A stretch of 34,605 nt of DNA from a virus. Taxonomy: Duplodnaviria; Caudoviricetes. The translations under genes and the position numbers were made by a program. The notes beneath the pieces are model-generated. The model searched no databases, had not been told where the DNA came from, and worked only from the letters and a program-made list of their open reading frames with translations. The DNA is taken from positions 1-34,605 of the IMG/VR virus record IMGVR_UViG_3300020045_005973; one strand, written 5' to 3'. Below, one piece after another: positions 1 through 7,128 of this stretch. Position 1 is the stretch's first letter. Each line of letters starts with the position of its first letter.

Positions 1-3
1 TGT

Positions 4-62
4 CTTGGTGGGCCAGGGGTTTACCTCCATTTTCCCCTGGCCCATTTCCTCCCACCAAGGAG
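4..62 (+). promoter_or_regulatory. Nested/alternative RNA hairpin directly before the RBS of the HIRAN gene (terminator or processing site)
   Basis: TGGGCCAGGGG (9-19) pairs with CCCCTGGCCCA (34-44), followed by TTTCCT; CTTGGTGGG (4-12) pairs with CCCACCAAG (51-59), overlapping AAGGAG (57-62). Confidence 0.55.
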
Positions 63-70
63 TTAAGTAA

Positions 71-391
71 ATGGAAATCTTTTCCAATCTCGTTGGCACT
101 CACTTCCGGCCCTCTGAGGCCCGCACCATTGCCAACGCTCTGACCATCGGGGACGAAGTTGAGCTTCGCGCCGACCCCGAGAACGCCTATGACCCAATGG
201 CTGTTGCGGTCTATAGCGAGGATGAGCACATCGGCTTCATCGCCAAAGCTAATAACTATCAAGTCAGCGAATGGCTGCAGAATGGCGGCGAAGTAACAGC
301 CAAGATCGTTGACCGCGATGGCAAGTACCACGTGCTGCTGGTACAGTGGGATGACCGCAACTATAACCGCAGCGAACAGGACGGCCATTGA
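71..391 (+). CDS. Stand-alone HIRAN domain protein
   Basis: VGTHFR...VELRADPENAYDPMAVAVY...HIGFI matches the HIRAN pattern L-x-x-(E/D)-P-x-N-x-Y-D-x-x-A-V...IG(Y/F); RBS AAGGAG. Confidence 0.85.
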   Translation: MEIFSNLVGTHFRPSEARTIANALTIGDEVELRADPENAYDPMAVAVYSEDEHIGFIAKANNYQVSEWLQNGGEVTAKIVDRDGKYHVLLVQWDDRNYNRSEQDGH

Positions 392-594
392 CCGACCTAA
401 CCCTGCTAGAGCTTCTCTACGAAGCCCTACGCTCTCCCTGCGGCATCATTGTAGCCACCCCTGACCCGGAGTTCCTGCGCCAAAAGCTATACCCGGTGCG
501 GAAACGAGACCCTGAGTTTGCCCCACTATCGTTCGTAATTTCCCCGCTAAATAATGGAGATCTTTGGATTTTAAGGAAACCAGATCATGAATGA
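388..594 (+). CDS. Hypothetical protein (68 aa)
   Basis: TTG start overlaps upstream TGA; fills operon without gap. Confidence 0.65.
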   Translation: MTDLTLLELLYEALRSPCGIIVATPDPEFLRQKLYPVRKRDPEFAPLSFVISPLNNGDLWILRKPDHE

Positions 595-769
595 CGAACT
601 ACAAAAGCACACTTTAAACTTGTTCGCTGGGGATTATGAGCGGCTACAGTTACTCTACCCCGACCACGGCGCTGGCCCTATCATCCGCTCCGTGATCCGT
701 AAGTTCATTGAGCAGTGCGAAAGCGCCGGGGCCACCCCGATCACTAATCTGCCGGAGTCAAAGCTATGA
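587..769 (+). CDS. Small protein, possible ribbon-helix-helix DNA-binding protein
   Basis: RBS AAGGA; KHTLNL strand then two amphipathic helices (DYERLQLL, IIRSVIRKFIE); fold is inference. Confidence 0.6.
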   Translation: MNDELQKHTLNLFAGDYERLQLLYPDHGAGPIIRSVIRKFIEQCESAGATPITNLPESKL

Positions 770-963
770 CCGATTTAGCTACCCTGTTTGCTCGTGATCC
801 TCTGTCATTGACACAAGAGGATTTGTCCACGATAGTGACCGAGATGCGCAAGTCCCGCCACGCTTTCAACGCCGGGAATATGAAGGCTGGGAGCACCAAG
901 CCCAAGACCGTGAAGCAGAAGGCCCTGTCGGACCTCGCCGGCAGCATCACCATTAGCATCTAA
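766..963 (+). CDS. Hypothetical protein (65 aa, basic C-terminus)
   Basis: RBS GGAG; ATG overlaps upstream stop. Confidence 0.7.
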   Translation: MTDLATLFARDPLSLTQEDLSTIVTEMRKSRHAFNAGNMKAGSTKPKTVKQKALSDLAGSITISI

Positions 964-986
964 CCTGTTCTAAATGGAGGAACACA

Positions 987-1919
987 ATGCCTGATCCTTT
1001 TGACGACTCGGGAGCCCAGTATGCATGGGATTCCACAAGCATTAAGTTGGCAGAAACCTGCCTACGCAAATACCAGTACAAGATGATCGACCGCTGGCAA
1101 CCAGCGCGGAAGTCCGTGCACTTGCTCTTTGGTGGCTGGTACGCAACCGCGCTCGAGGATTTCCACAAGGCTATCGCAGCCGGGGTTGACTATGAACACG
1201 CAGTATGCGACGTAGTGCACGATGCGCTGCTGGCCACATGGGAGCATGAAACAGATGAACACGGTGATCCCATCCCTGAAACTGGGCAAGCCTGGGCCAG
1301 CGACCACAACACCAAAACCCGCGAGAACCTTATCCGCACTATTGTCTGGTACTTAGACCAGTTCAAGGATGATCCCTGTGCAACAGTTATTCTATCCGAT
1401 GGCAGCGCGGCTGTCGAGCATTCCTTCAAACTCCCTGTCGATGATGATATTATCTTGTGTGGTCATCTTGATAGGCTGGTTGATTACAGCGGCAAGCTCT
1501 ACGTCCAAGACCAAAAGACCACCGGCTCTACAATCTCAGCTCGTTTTTTCGAGGGCTTTAATCCCGATACCCAAATGAGCCTCTACACCTTCGCCGGCAA
1601 AGCCATTTTCAACCTGCCCGTCAAGGGCGTGATGATTGATGGGGCGCAGATCGCGGTAGGGTTTACCAGGTTTGAACGCGGCTTTACCTTCCGCGATGAC
1701 GGGCAGCTGGCCGAGTGGTATGACAACGCGATGCATACTATAGAGCTAGGTCGTACTGCGGTACACAATAACTACTTCCCTATGAACCCAAGTTCATGTG
1801 GCAACTACGGCGGCTGCGAGTTCCGGTTCATTTGTGCCCGTAGCCCCTCGGTCCGCCCGAACTTCCTCGCTGGTGAATTTACACAAGGGGTTCAGTGGAA
1901 TCCACTTAAGGAAAGATAA
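987..1919 (+). CDS. PD-(D/E)XK nuclease, Cas4/AddB-like with probable Fe-S staple
   Basis: N-terminal TCLRKY Cys, GHLDRL and QDQKTT catalytic motifs, Q...Y motif (TQMSLY), C-terminal C-x5-C-x5-C (SCGNYGGCEFRFIC); RBS GGAGG. Confidence 0.85.
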   Translation: MPDPFDDSGAQYAWDSTSIKLAETCLRKYQYKMIDRWQPARKSVHLLFGGWYATALEDFHKAIAAGVDYEHAVCDVVHDALLATWEHETDEHGDPIPETGQAWASDHNTKTRENLIRTIVWYLDQFKDDPCATVILSDGSAAVEHSFKLPVDDDIILCGHLDRLVDYSGKLYVQDQKTTGSTISARFFEGFNPDTQMSLYTFAGKAIFNLPVKGVMIDGAQIAVGFTRFERGFTFRDDGQLAEWYDNAMHTIELGRTAVHNNYFPMNPSSCGNYGGCEFRFICARSPSVRPNFLAGEFTQGVQWNPLKER

Positions 1920-1920
1920 A

Positions 1921-2181
1921 ATGGAACTCGCACCAATCTCCATAGAACTTTGGGAAGCCTTCGCCCTTGAGCGCAAACACTGGGATATAGTTGACGGCCC
2001 AACCGCTCACCTCGCCACCGACCGCAAGCGCTTTCTCACCAGCGAAGAGTATCACAACCCGATGGACGTAACCTACACAGCCGAAACCTTCCCCACCCGA
2101 AAGCAGGCTGCGTACTTCATCGGCTGCCACTGTATGCAAGCGGCGCTAACTTCAGTAGGAATTTTACATGCCAACACTTGA
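1921..2181 (+). CDS. Hypothetical protein (86 aa)
   Basis: Start moved to ATG 1921 just after the nuclease stop, RBS AAGGA. Confidence 0.6.
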   Translation: MELAPISIELWEAFALERKHWDIVDGPTAHLATDRKRFLTSEEYHNPMDVTYTAETFPTRKQAAYFIGCHCMQAALTSVGILHANT

Positions 2182-2932
2182 CCAGCACCAGTCATCCGAC
2201 TATGTGAAGATTATTTATATAGGAGACTCTGGCACAGGTAAAACTGGTTCATTAGTTTCATTGCTTCTAGCTGGTTATAATCTGCGTATTTTGGACCTTG
2301 ATAACGGCCTAGACTCCCTCGTCCAGTTCGCCAAGCTCGCCGGCGCAGACCTATCTAAAGTGGAGTACGCCACCTTCCGTGATGAGTACCGCAGTACCAA
2401 GCAAGGTCCTATGATTAAGGGGACTCCCAAGGCTTTCACTTCCGCCCTCGATCAGCTAACCACGTGGGCCGAGATCGAAGACCCCAAGGGCGTACTAGTC
2501 CTCGACACTCTTAGCTCCTTTGGCCGCGCTGCGTTTGCTTGGGCTAGGGGCATGAACCCTACGGCCAAAGACCCTCGCCAGTGGTACGGCCAGAGCCAAG
2601 CGGCAGTCGAAGACACCCTCGCCATGCTCACCGGCCCCGAGTTCAAGCAGAACGTAATCGTTTCTTCTCACATCAACTATAAGGAGGTAATAGAGAATGT
2701 GAATAAGGGCTATGTTAATTCTATTGGCACGGCTCTTGGCCCTAAAATTCCCATGTACTTTAACACAATGGTTCTGGCCGAGGCTTCAGGCTCCGGCCGC
2801 AACGTGCGCCGTAAGATTAAGACGCTCCCCACCGGCGTAATCGACCTGAAAATGCCGAACCCCAAGGTCGAGGCAGAACTACCACTAGAAACGGGTTTGG
2901 CAACCATCTTTGCTCAATTGAAGGAAATCTAA
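2168..2932 (+). CDS. AAA_24/Sak4-like P-loop ATPase (single-strand annealing/recombination)
   Basis: Walker A GDSGTGKT, ILDLDNG, Walker B VLVLDTLS, SSH motif; nuclease-ATPase-SSB order. Confidence 0.8.
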   Translation: MPTLDQHQSSDYVKIIYIGDSGTGKTGSLVSLLLAGYNLRILDLDNGLDSLVQFAKLAGADLSKVEYATFRDEYRSTKQGPMIKGTPKAFTSALDQLTTWAEIEDPKGVLVLDTLSSFGRAAFAWARGMNPTAKDPRQWYGQSQAAVEDTLAMLTGPEFKQNVIVSSHINYKEVIENVNKGYVNSIGTALGPKIPMYFNTMVLAEASGSGRNVRRKIKTLPTGVIDLKMPNPKVEAELPLETGLATIFAQLKEI

Positions 2933-2934
2933 TC

Positions 2935-3393
2935 ATGGCTCTTAACTTTGCCGATATCGCCAGCAAGAAAATGGAAGACGTTGAAAAGCCGCCCCTCCCT
3001 CCCGTCGGCACCTACCGCTTCCGTATCACCAAGCTGCCCGAGGCCACCACTTCGCAGAGCGGGGAATGGGATATTCTTTCCATCAACTGCAGGGCAGTGG
3101 AAGCCCTGGACGATGTGGAACTGGAGGACTATCCCGGTGAGATCACCTCGATCCTCATGCAGGTACGCTTCATGTTCAACAAGAGCGATGAGGTGGAATT
3201 TGCCAAGTCCGAGTACCGGGCGCGGACGTTCTTCGAGAACCACGTGCAGTGTGCTGAACCGGGCGATACCTTTGGCCAGGCCCTGAACAAGTCGGTCAAC
3301 GGCGAGTTCCTCGGCACCATCCGCTGGAAGCCAGACAGCCGTACGGAAGGTGACTTCCAGGCTGAGATTGGCCGCACTGCGCCGGTCGAGTAA
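2935..3393 (+). CDS. Putative ssDNA-binding protein (DUF669-like OB fold)
   Basis: PPLPPVGTYRFRI N-terminal signature, acidic composition, follows Sak4-like ATPase; RBS AAGGA. Confidence 0.6.
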   Translation: MALNFADIASKKMEDVEKPPLPPVGTYRFRITKLPEATTSQSGEWDILSINCRAVEALDDVELEDYPGEITSILMQVRFMFNKSDEVEFAKSEYRARTFFENHVQCAEPGDTFGQALNKSVNGEFLGTIRWKPDSRTEGDFQAEIGRTAPVE

Positions 3394-3400
3394 TAGGTTA

Positions 3401-3425
3401 GGGCGGGGGCTAACAACTCCCGCCC
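3401..3425 (+). terminator. GC-rich hairpin, possible intrinsic terminator
   Basis: GGGCGGGGG-CTAACAA-CTCCCGCCC just after the SSB-like gene stop; U-tract is weak (GCCCCTTTCCTT). Confidence 0.45.
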
Positions 3426-3434
3426 GCCCCTTTC

Positions 3435-3527
3435 CTTAGTGTAGCATTTGGCTGGTAATTACGAAGGTTGCTCTCGTTACACCGGATCGTTCGTAGGTCT
3501 ATGCAGAAATCCAAATGCTACACTAAG
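3435..3527. repeat. Perfect 17-bp inverted repeat enclosing a 59-nt structured segment
   Basis: CTTAGTGTAGCATTTGG (3435-3451) / CCAAATGCTACACTAAG (3511-3527), intergenic. Confidence 0.9.
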
Positions 3528-3541
3528 CAAAGGAGTCAAAC

Positions 3542-3724
3542 ATGTATTACCTCTATTCCATTAAAATGCAGGGCTGGGTATCCGTCCAGTCCACCTACAC
3601 CAGCGACATTACCGAGGCCGCCACCTTCCCTGAGTCCCAGGCCCTCGCCCGTTGCGCCTTAGGTAAAACCAAATACTCCCTCGCCACAATCCCCGTCCTC
3701 GTATCCCTAGTGGAGTCACTATAA
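3542..3724 (+). CDS. Hypothetical protein (60 aa)
   Basis: Strong RBS AAGGAG; stop overlaps next ATG (TAATG). Confidence 0.7.
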   Translation: MYYLYSIKMQGWVSVQSTYTSDITEAATFPESQALARCALGKTKYSLATIPVLVSLVESL

Positions 3725-4041
3725 TGAATAAAAGCTTTAAGGCCTGGGCTACACAAGCAACATTTTTAATAATGTTAAGTGAGCCACAGATTAAAACCCT
3801 TGCTTTTGTAGCGGCTCCTGATGATGACCCAGTGATGTTAGAGTTGTTCTATCAACGCTACCGTGAGTCACTGCGCGTTCTTATGGAACGAGGACTCTTA
3901 ACACAAGAGTCAACTTATAAGATGCACCTTACAAAAGAAGGCCGCACTGTTTTGCGCCTTCTCCGTTACGCTGGTTTAGCCCGCAAAGCTAAAAAGCCTA
4001 CTGCGTCAATAACATCATTTGTAAAAGGATTGTCACTGTGA
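3724..4041 (+). CDS. Putative winged-helix DNA-binding protein
   Basis: LRVLMERGLL...MHLTKEGRTVL resembles the wHTH wing motif L-x-x-L-x-x-x-G-L...LT-x-x-G; AT-richer than neighbours. Confidence 0.55.
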   Translation: MNKSFKAWATQATFLIMLSEPQIKTLAFVAAPDDDPVMLELFYQRYRESLRVLMERGLLTQESTYKMHLTKEGRTVLRLLRYAGLARKAKKPTASITSFVKGLSL

Positions 4042-5312
4042 CCAGCGGAAGGTTCCACCACCTCTCCCCTACCTCTATATTTATTAACCCCGATCGTCAG
4101 CGTAAGGACCTAGGCAATGTTGAAGAGTTGGCTGAAAGCATTGCTCGTTTGGGCCTTATCAATCCTATTGTTCTTACCCCTGATAATACTCTTGTCGCTG
4201 GCGAACGCCGCCTTACTGCTATTCGTTTGCTTGGTTGGACCTCCGTCCCGATACAGTACACTACAGAACTTACGGAGTACGAACTCCAGTGCATCGAGTT
4301 CGAAGAGAACGTAAAGCGTAAAGACCTCACTTGGCAGGAAGAATGTGCGGCGTTGGAGAAGTTCCACGCCCTGCGCTCCGCCAACGAGGATGACTGGTCG
4401 CAAGAGAAAACCGCCGATGCAATGGGGCTATCACAGCAATCCGTGGCGCGAAAGCTGGCCGTGGCGAAGGAGCTGGGCAACGAGCGTGTTGCTGGCGCAG
4501 ATAAGTTCGCCGCAGCTTTCAACCTCGTCGCCCGCTCCACCGAACGGCGTAAGGCATCGGCGCTAGAGAATATCGGCATCACCCTGCACGACGTGATTGT
4601 TGAGGCTGGGGTTGATGTACTTGAAGAGGTAGTCGCACCGGCCCCGTTGCTTTGCGCCAACTTCCACCAGTGGCAGGAGTCCTACGATGGCCCTCGGTTT
4701 AACCTTCTACACTGCGACTTTCCTTACGGTATTAATGTCGCAAATTCTCCCCGCCAAAACGCTGCACTCGCAGATCACTATGAGGACGGCGAAGATGTTT
4801 ATTGGAGCTTACTCGATCGGCTTGCTCGTAGTATGTCTAACGTGGTGGCTGACTCGGCCCACCTGATCTTCTGGTTCAGCATGGATTATTACACTGAAAC
4901 GAAGCAGCAGCTGGAGCGTATGGGCTGGGTAGTAAATGCTTTCCCCCTCATCTGGCATAAGAGTGATAACACCGGCATTGCACCAGACCCCCAGCGCTGG
5001 CCTCGGCGCACCTATGAAACCGCGCTGGTTTGTTCACGCGGAGACAGAAAGTTAACCCAGGTCGGGTGTCGCAGTAACTCCTTCGCCTTCCCCGGCTCAC
5101 GCGACTCGGCAATCCACATCAGCGAAAAGCCTATCCCAGTGCTTTCGCACTTTATGAGTATGTTCTGTGATGAATACTCCACCGTACTCGATCCTACTTG
5201 CGGGTCAGGAAATTCCCTTAGGACTGCTGCCGCTCTCGGTGCAGGAACTATTCTTGGGCTCGAGCTATCCGAAGAGTTCCACGCAGTCGCAGTCGCAAAC
5301 TGGAGTTGGTGA
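4038..5312 (+). CDS. ParB/Srx N-terminal domain + HTH fused to beta-class N6-adenine/N4-cytosine DNA methyltransferase
   Basis: LAESIARLGLINPIVL...LVAGERRLTA...EENVKRKDL (ParB-N); SQEKTADAMGLSQQSVAR (HTH); catalytic DFPY (4716) precedes EKP and SAM-binding LDPTCGSG (5190). Confidence 0.85.
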   Translation: MTSGRFHHLSPTSIFINPDRQRKDLGNVEELAESIARLGLINPIVLTPDNTLVAGERRLTAIRLLGWTSVPIQYTTELTEYELQCIEFEENVKRKDLTWQEECAALEKFHALRSANEDDWSQEKTADAMGLSQQSVARKLAVAKELGNERVAGADKFAAAFNLVARSTERRKASALENIGITLHDVIVEAGVDVLEEVVAPAPLLCANFHQWQESYDGPRFNLLHCDFPYGINVANSPRQNAALADHYEDGEDVYWSLLDRLARSMSNVVADSAHLIFWFSMDYYTETKQQLERMGWVVNAFPLIWHKSDNTGIAPDPQRWPRRTYETALVCSRGDRKLTQVGCRSNSFAFPGSRDSAIHISEKPIPVLSHFMSMFCDEYSTVLDPTCGSGNSLRTAAALGAGTILGLELSEEFHAVAVANWSW

Positions 5313-5313
5313 T

Positions 5314-5553
5314 ATGACAAGACGTAAATCCGCAACTCGTGCGGCGCTTTTCACTAACAACGCCGAAGCCTTTGGCACTTCACCAGAACTTATTTTCCTT
5401 ATGGAAAGCAAAGGATTATGGCAACAGATCGAACATGAGGTTAAGAAGGTGAACAAGGATTTTAATTCCTCCACCGAGCTTAACTTCCCCATCGACCAGC
5501 TGGTTGAGAACCTTGAAGCGCTTAAGCTGTTAGTTGCCCTTCGCCGTGGTTGA
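5314..5553 (+). CDS. Hypothetical protein (79 aa)
   Basis: ATG 5314 with GGAG RBS; fills gap between MTase and UDG. Confidence 0.6.
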   Translation: MTRRKSATRAALFTNNAEAFGTSPELIFLMESKGLWQQIEHEVKKVNKDFNSSTELNFPIDQLVENLEALKLLVALRRG

Positions 5554-6556
5554 CATAATGCTCGTAGGCGAAGCGCCTTCATCCTCTGACGAGGAAACCG
5601 GGGTACCCTTCTCCGGCACTACCGGCTGGCTACTCGACCAAATGCTTTCCCAGGCCGGGATCGCTCGCCGCGAGTGCTACGTCACTAACGTGTTCAGCAC
5701 CAGGCCTAAGGCCGGGGACGTAAAGAACTTCTGCGGCACCAAGGCCGAGGCGATCCCAGGCATGGTGCCTTTAGCCCGCGGCCAGTTCATCAGTGCAATC
5801 TACGCCAAGGACTTAGAGCGCCTTTATGACGAAATCCGCCGAGAGCGCCCCAATGTATTGGTTGTGTTGGGAGCCACTGCGGCCTGGGCTTTACTGGATA
5901 CCAGTGGGATTAAACAATACCGAGGGGCAATTGCACCTTCCTCGCCCCGTGTATCTACACGACTCAGCTTCACTCAAAAGGTTTTACCTACCTACCACCC
6001 AGCAATGGTCGGCCGCGACTATAGTTCCAGACCTATCGTCATTGCAGATCTCGCGAAGGCAAAGCGGGAAAGCGACCATCGAGATATTATTAAACCTGTT
6101 CGTAACATCTGGCTATACCCCACAATCAGTGATCTGCAACGCTATGAGGATGAACACATTGTACATTCCGAGCTACTCAGCATCGACATTGAAACCAAGG
6201 GCGACCAGATTACTTGTATCGGTTTCGCACCTAGCGATGACAGCGCCATTGTAATCCCCTTGTTTCAGGGCCAGGCCAACAACTACTGGGGAACGCGGGA
6301 TGATGAGCTAATCGCCCTAACCTACGTTCGCCGCTGGTGCGCAATGAAGCCCTCGGTATTCCAGAATGGAATGTACGACATAAAGTTTCTGTGGCAGAAG
6401 TACGGTATTCCAGTGCCCCTAGCGGCAGAGGACACCATGCTACTCCATCACGCTTGGCAACCAGAAATGGAAAAGGGATTAGGCTTCTTAGCTACTTTGT
6501 ACACCGACAGTCCTAGTTGGAAATTTATGCGAAAGGGTAAGCTTAAACATGACTGA
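5546..6556 (+). CDS. Family-4-type uracil-DNA glycosylase fused to the N-terminal part of a DnaQ-like 3'-5' exonuclease (ExoI+ExoII)
   Basis: IMLVGEAP...GVPFSG.TG.LL...YVTNV..RP, VVLGATA, PTYHPA (UDG); SIDIET (ExoI), QNGMYDI (ExoII), EDTMLLHH; start uncertain (5534 TTG, 5546 GTG or 5558 ATG). Confidence 0.88.
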   Translation: MVDIMLVGEAPSSSDEETGVPFSGTTGWLLDQMLSQAGIARRECYVTNVFSTRPKAGDVKNFCGTKAEAIPGMVPLARGQFISAIYAKDLERLYDEIRRERPNVLVVLGATAAWALLDTSGIKQYRGAIAPSSPRVSTRLSFTQKVLPTYHPAMVGRDYSSRPIVIADLAKAKRESDHRDIIKPVRNIWLYPTISDLQRYEDEHIVHSELLSIDIETKGDQITCIGFAPSDDSAIVIPLFQGQANNYWGTRDDELIALTYVRRWCAMKPSVFQNGMYDIKFLWQKYGIPVPLAAEDTMLLHHAWQPEMEKGLGFLATLYTDSPSWKFMRKGKLKHD

Positions 6557-6761
6557 ACAACTACCACAGAAGATGGCCCGCTCAAGGCTGGAAGAAGCTG
6601 AAATCCATAACGCGCACCTCCGCAATTCGGTCGAAGAGGATTTGAAACAATTTAAACGCCTCCGCGCTGCCTATCCTGATATAGAGGATGAGGAACTGGC
6701 GCACAGACTTGTGATGAGTAAGAAGCAACTCCAGCGCGTACGCAAATTCTTAGGGGACTGA
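6549..6761 (+). CDS. Hypothetical protein (70 aa), possible HTH
   Basis: Overlaps UDG-exo stop; EELAHRLVMSKKQLQRV is HTH-like. Confidence 0.6.
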   Translation: MTEQLPQKMARSRLEEAEIHNAHLRNSVEEDLKQFKRLRAAYPDIEDEELAHRLVMSKKQLQRVRKFLGD

Positions 6762-6762
6762 A

Positions 6763-7128
6763 ATGATCTATATAGCTTCGCCTTACACTCACGCCGACCC
6801 TCACGAAATTGAGTATCGCTACGAAAAAACCCTCGAAGCCACGGCCATGCTATTCGAGCAAGGCCACCATGCCTTCTCCCCCATCGTCCACTGCCACCCT
6901 GTTGCAAAGGTGCACGGCTTCCGCGGTGACTATGCTTTCTGGTCAGCCTACAACCTCCACATGCTATCCTTCGCGGACGAGCTATGGGTGTTGCAACTCG
7001 ACGGCTGGAACAAATCCATCGGAGTGCAAGAGGAAATAATCCATGCACTGAAGTTGGGCAAGCCTGTGATTTACTTTGACATTGAGGGATTTGAGAGTGG
7101 CGAAGATAATCAACACGGCGGAATTTAA
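6763..7128 (+). CDS. Nucleoside 2-deoxyribosyltransferase-fold protein (DUF1937-like)
   Basis: MIYIASPY, FSPIVHCH, ADELWVLQLDGWNKSIGVQEEI..A..LGKPV; S-x-G-x-x-x-E motif retains the NDT-family Glu. Confidence 0.8.
   Translation: MIYIASPYTHADPHEIEYRYEKTLEATAMLFEQGHHAFSPIVHCHPVAKVHGFRGDYAFWSAYNLHMLSFADELWVLQLDGWNKSIGVQEEIIHALKLGKPVIYFDIEGFESGEDNQHGGI

Noticed and set aside
987-1919. Cas4-like nuclease as evidence of CRISPR-Cas
   Set aside because: No repeat-spacer array or other cas genes; context is a phage recombination module
3452-3510. Hammerhead or other known ribozyme inside the 17-bp stem
   Set aside because: No CUGANGA core; GAAA alone is insufficient; no other ribozyme consensus recognised by eye
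6557-7096. Group I intron or intein interrupting the polymerase
   Set aside because: Gap is fully occupied by two coupled ORFs without homing-endonuclease motifs; no room for a ribozyme core; no intein C/S...HN ends; downstream half has its own RBS
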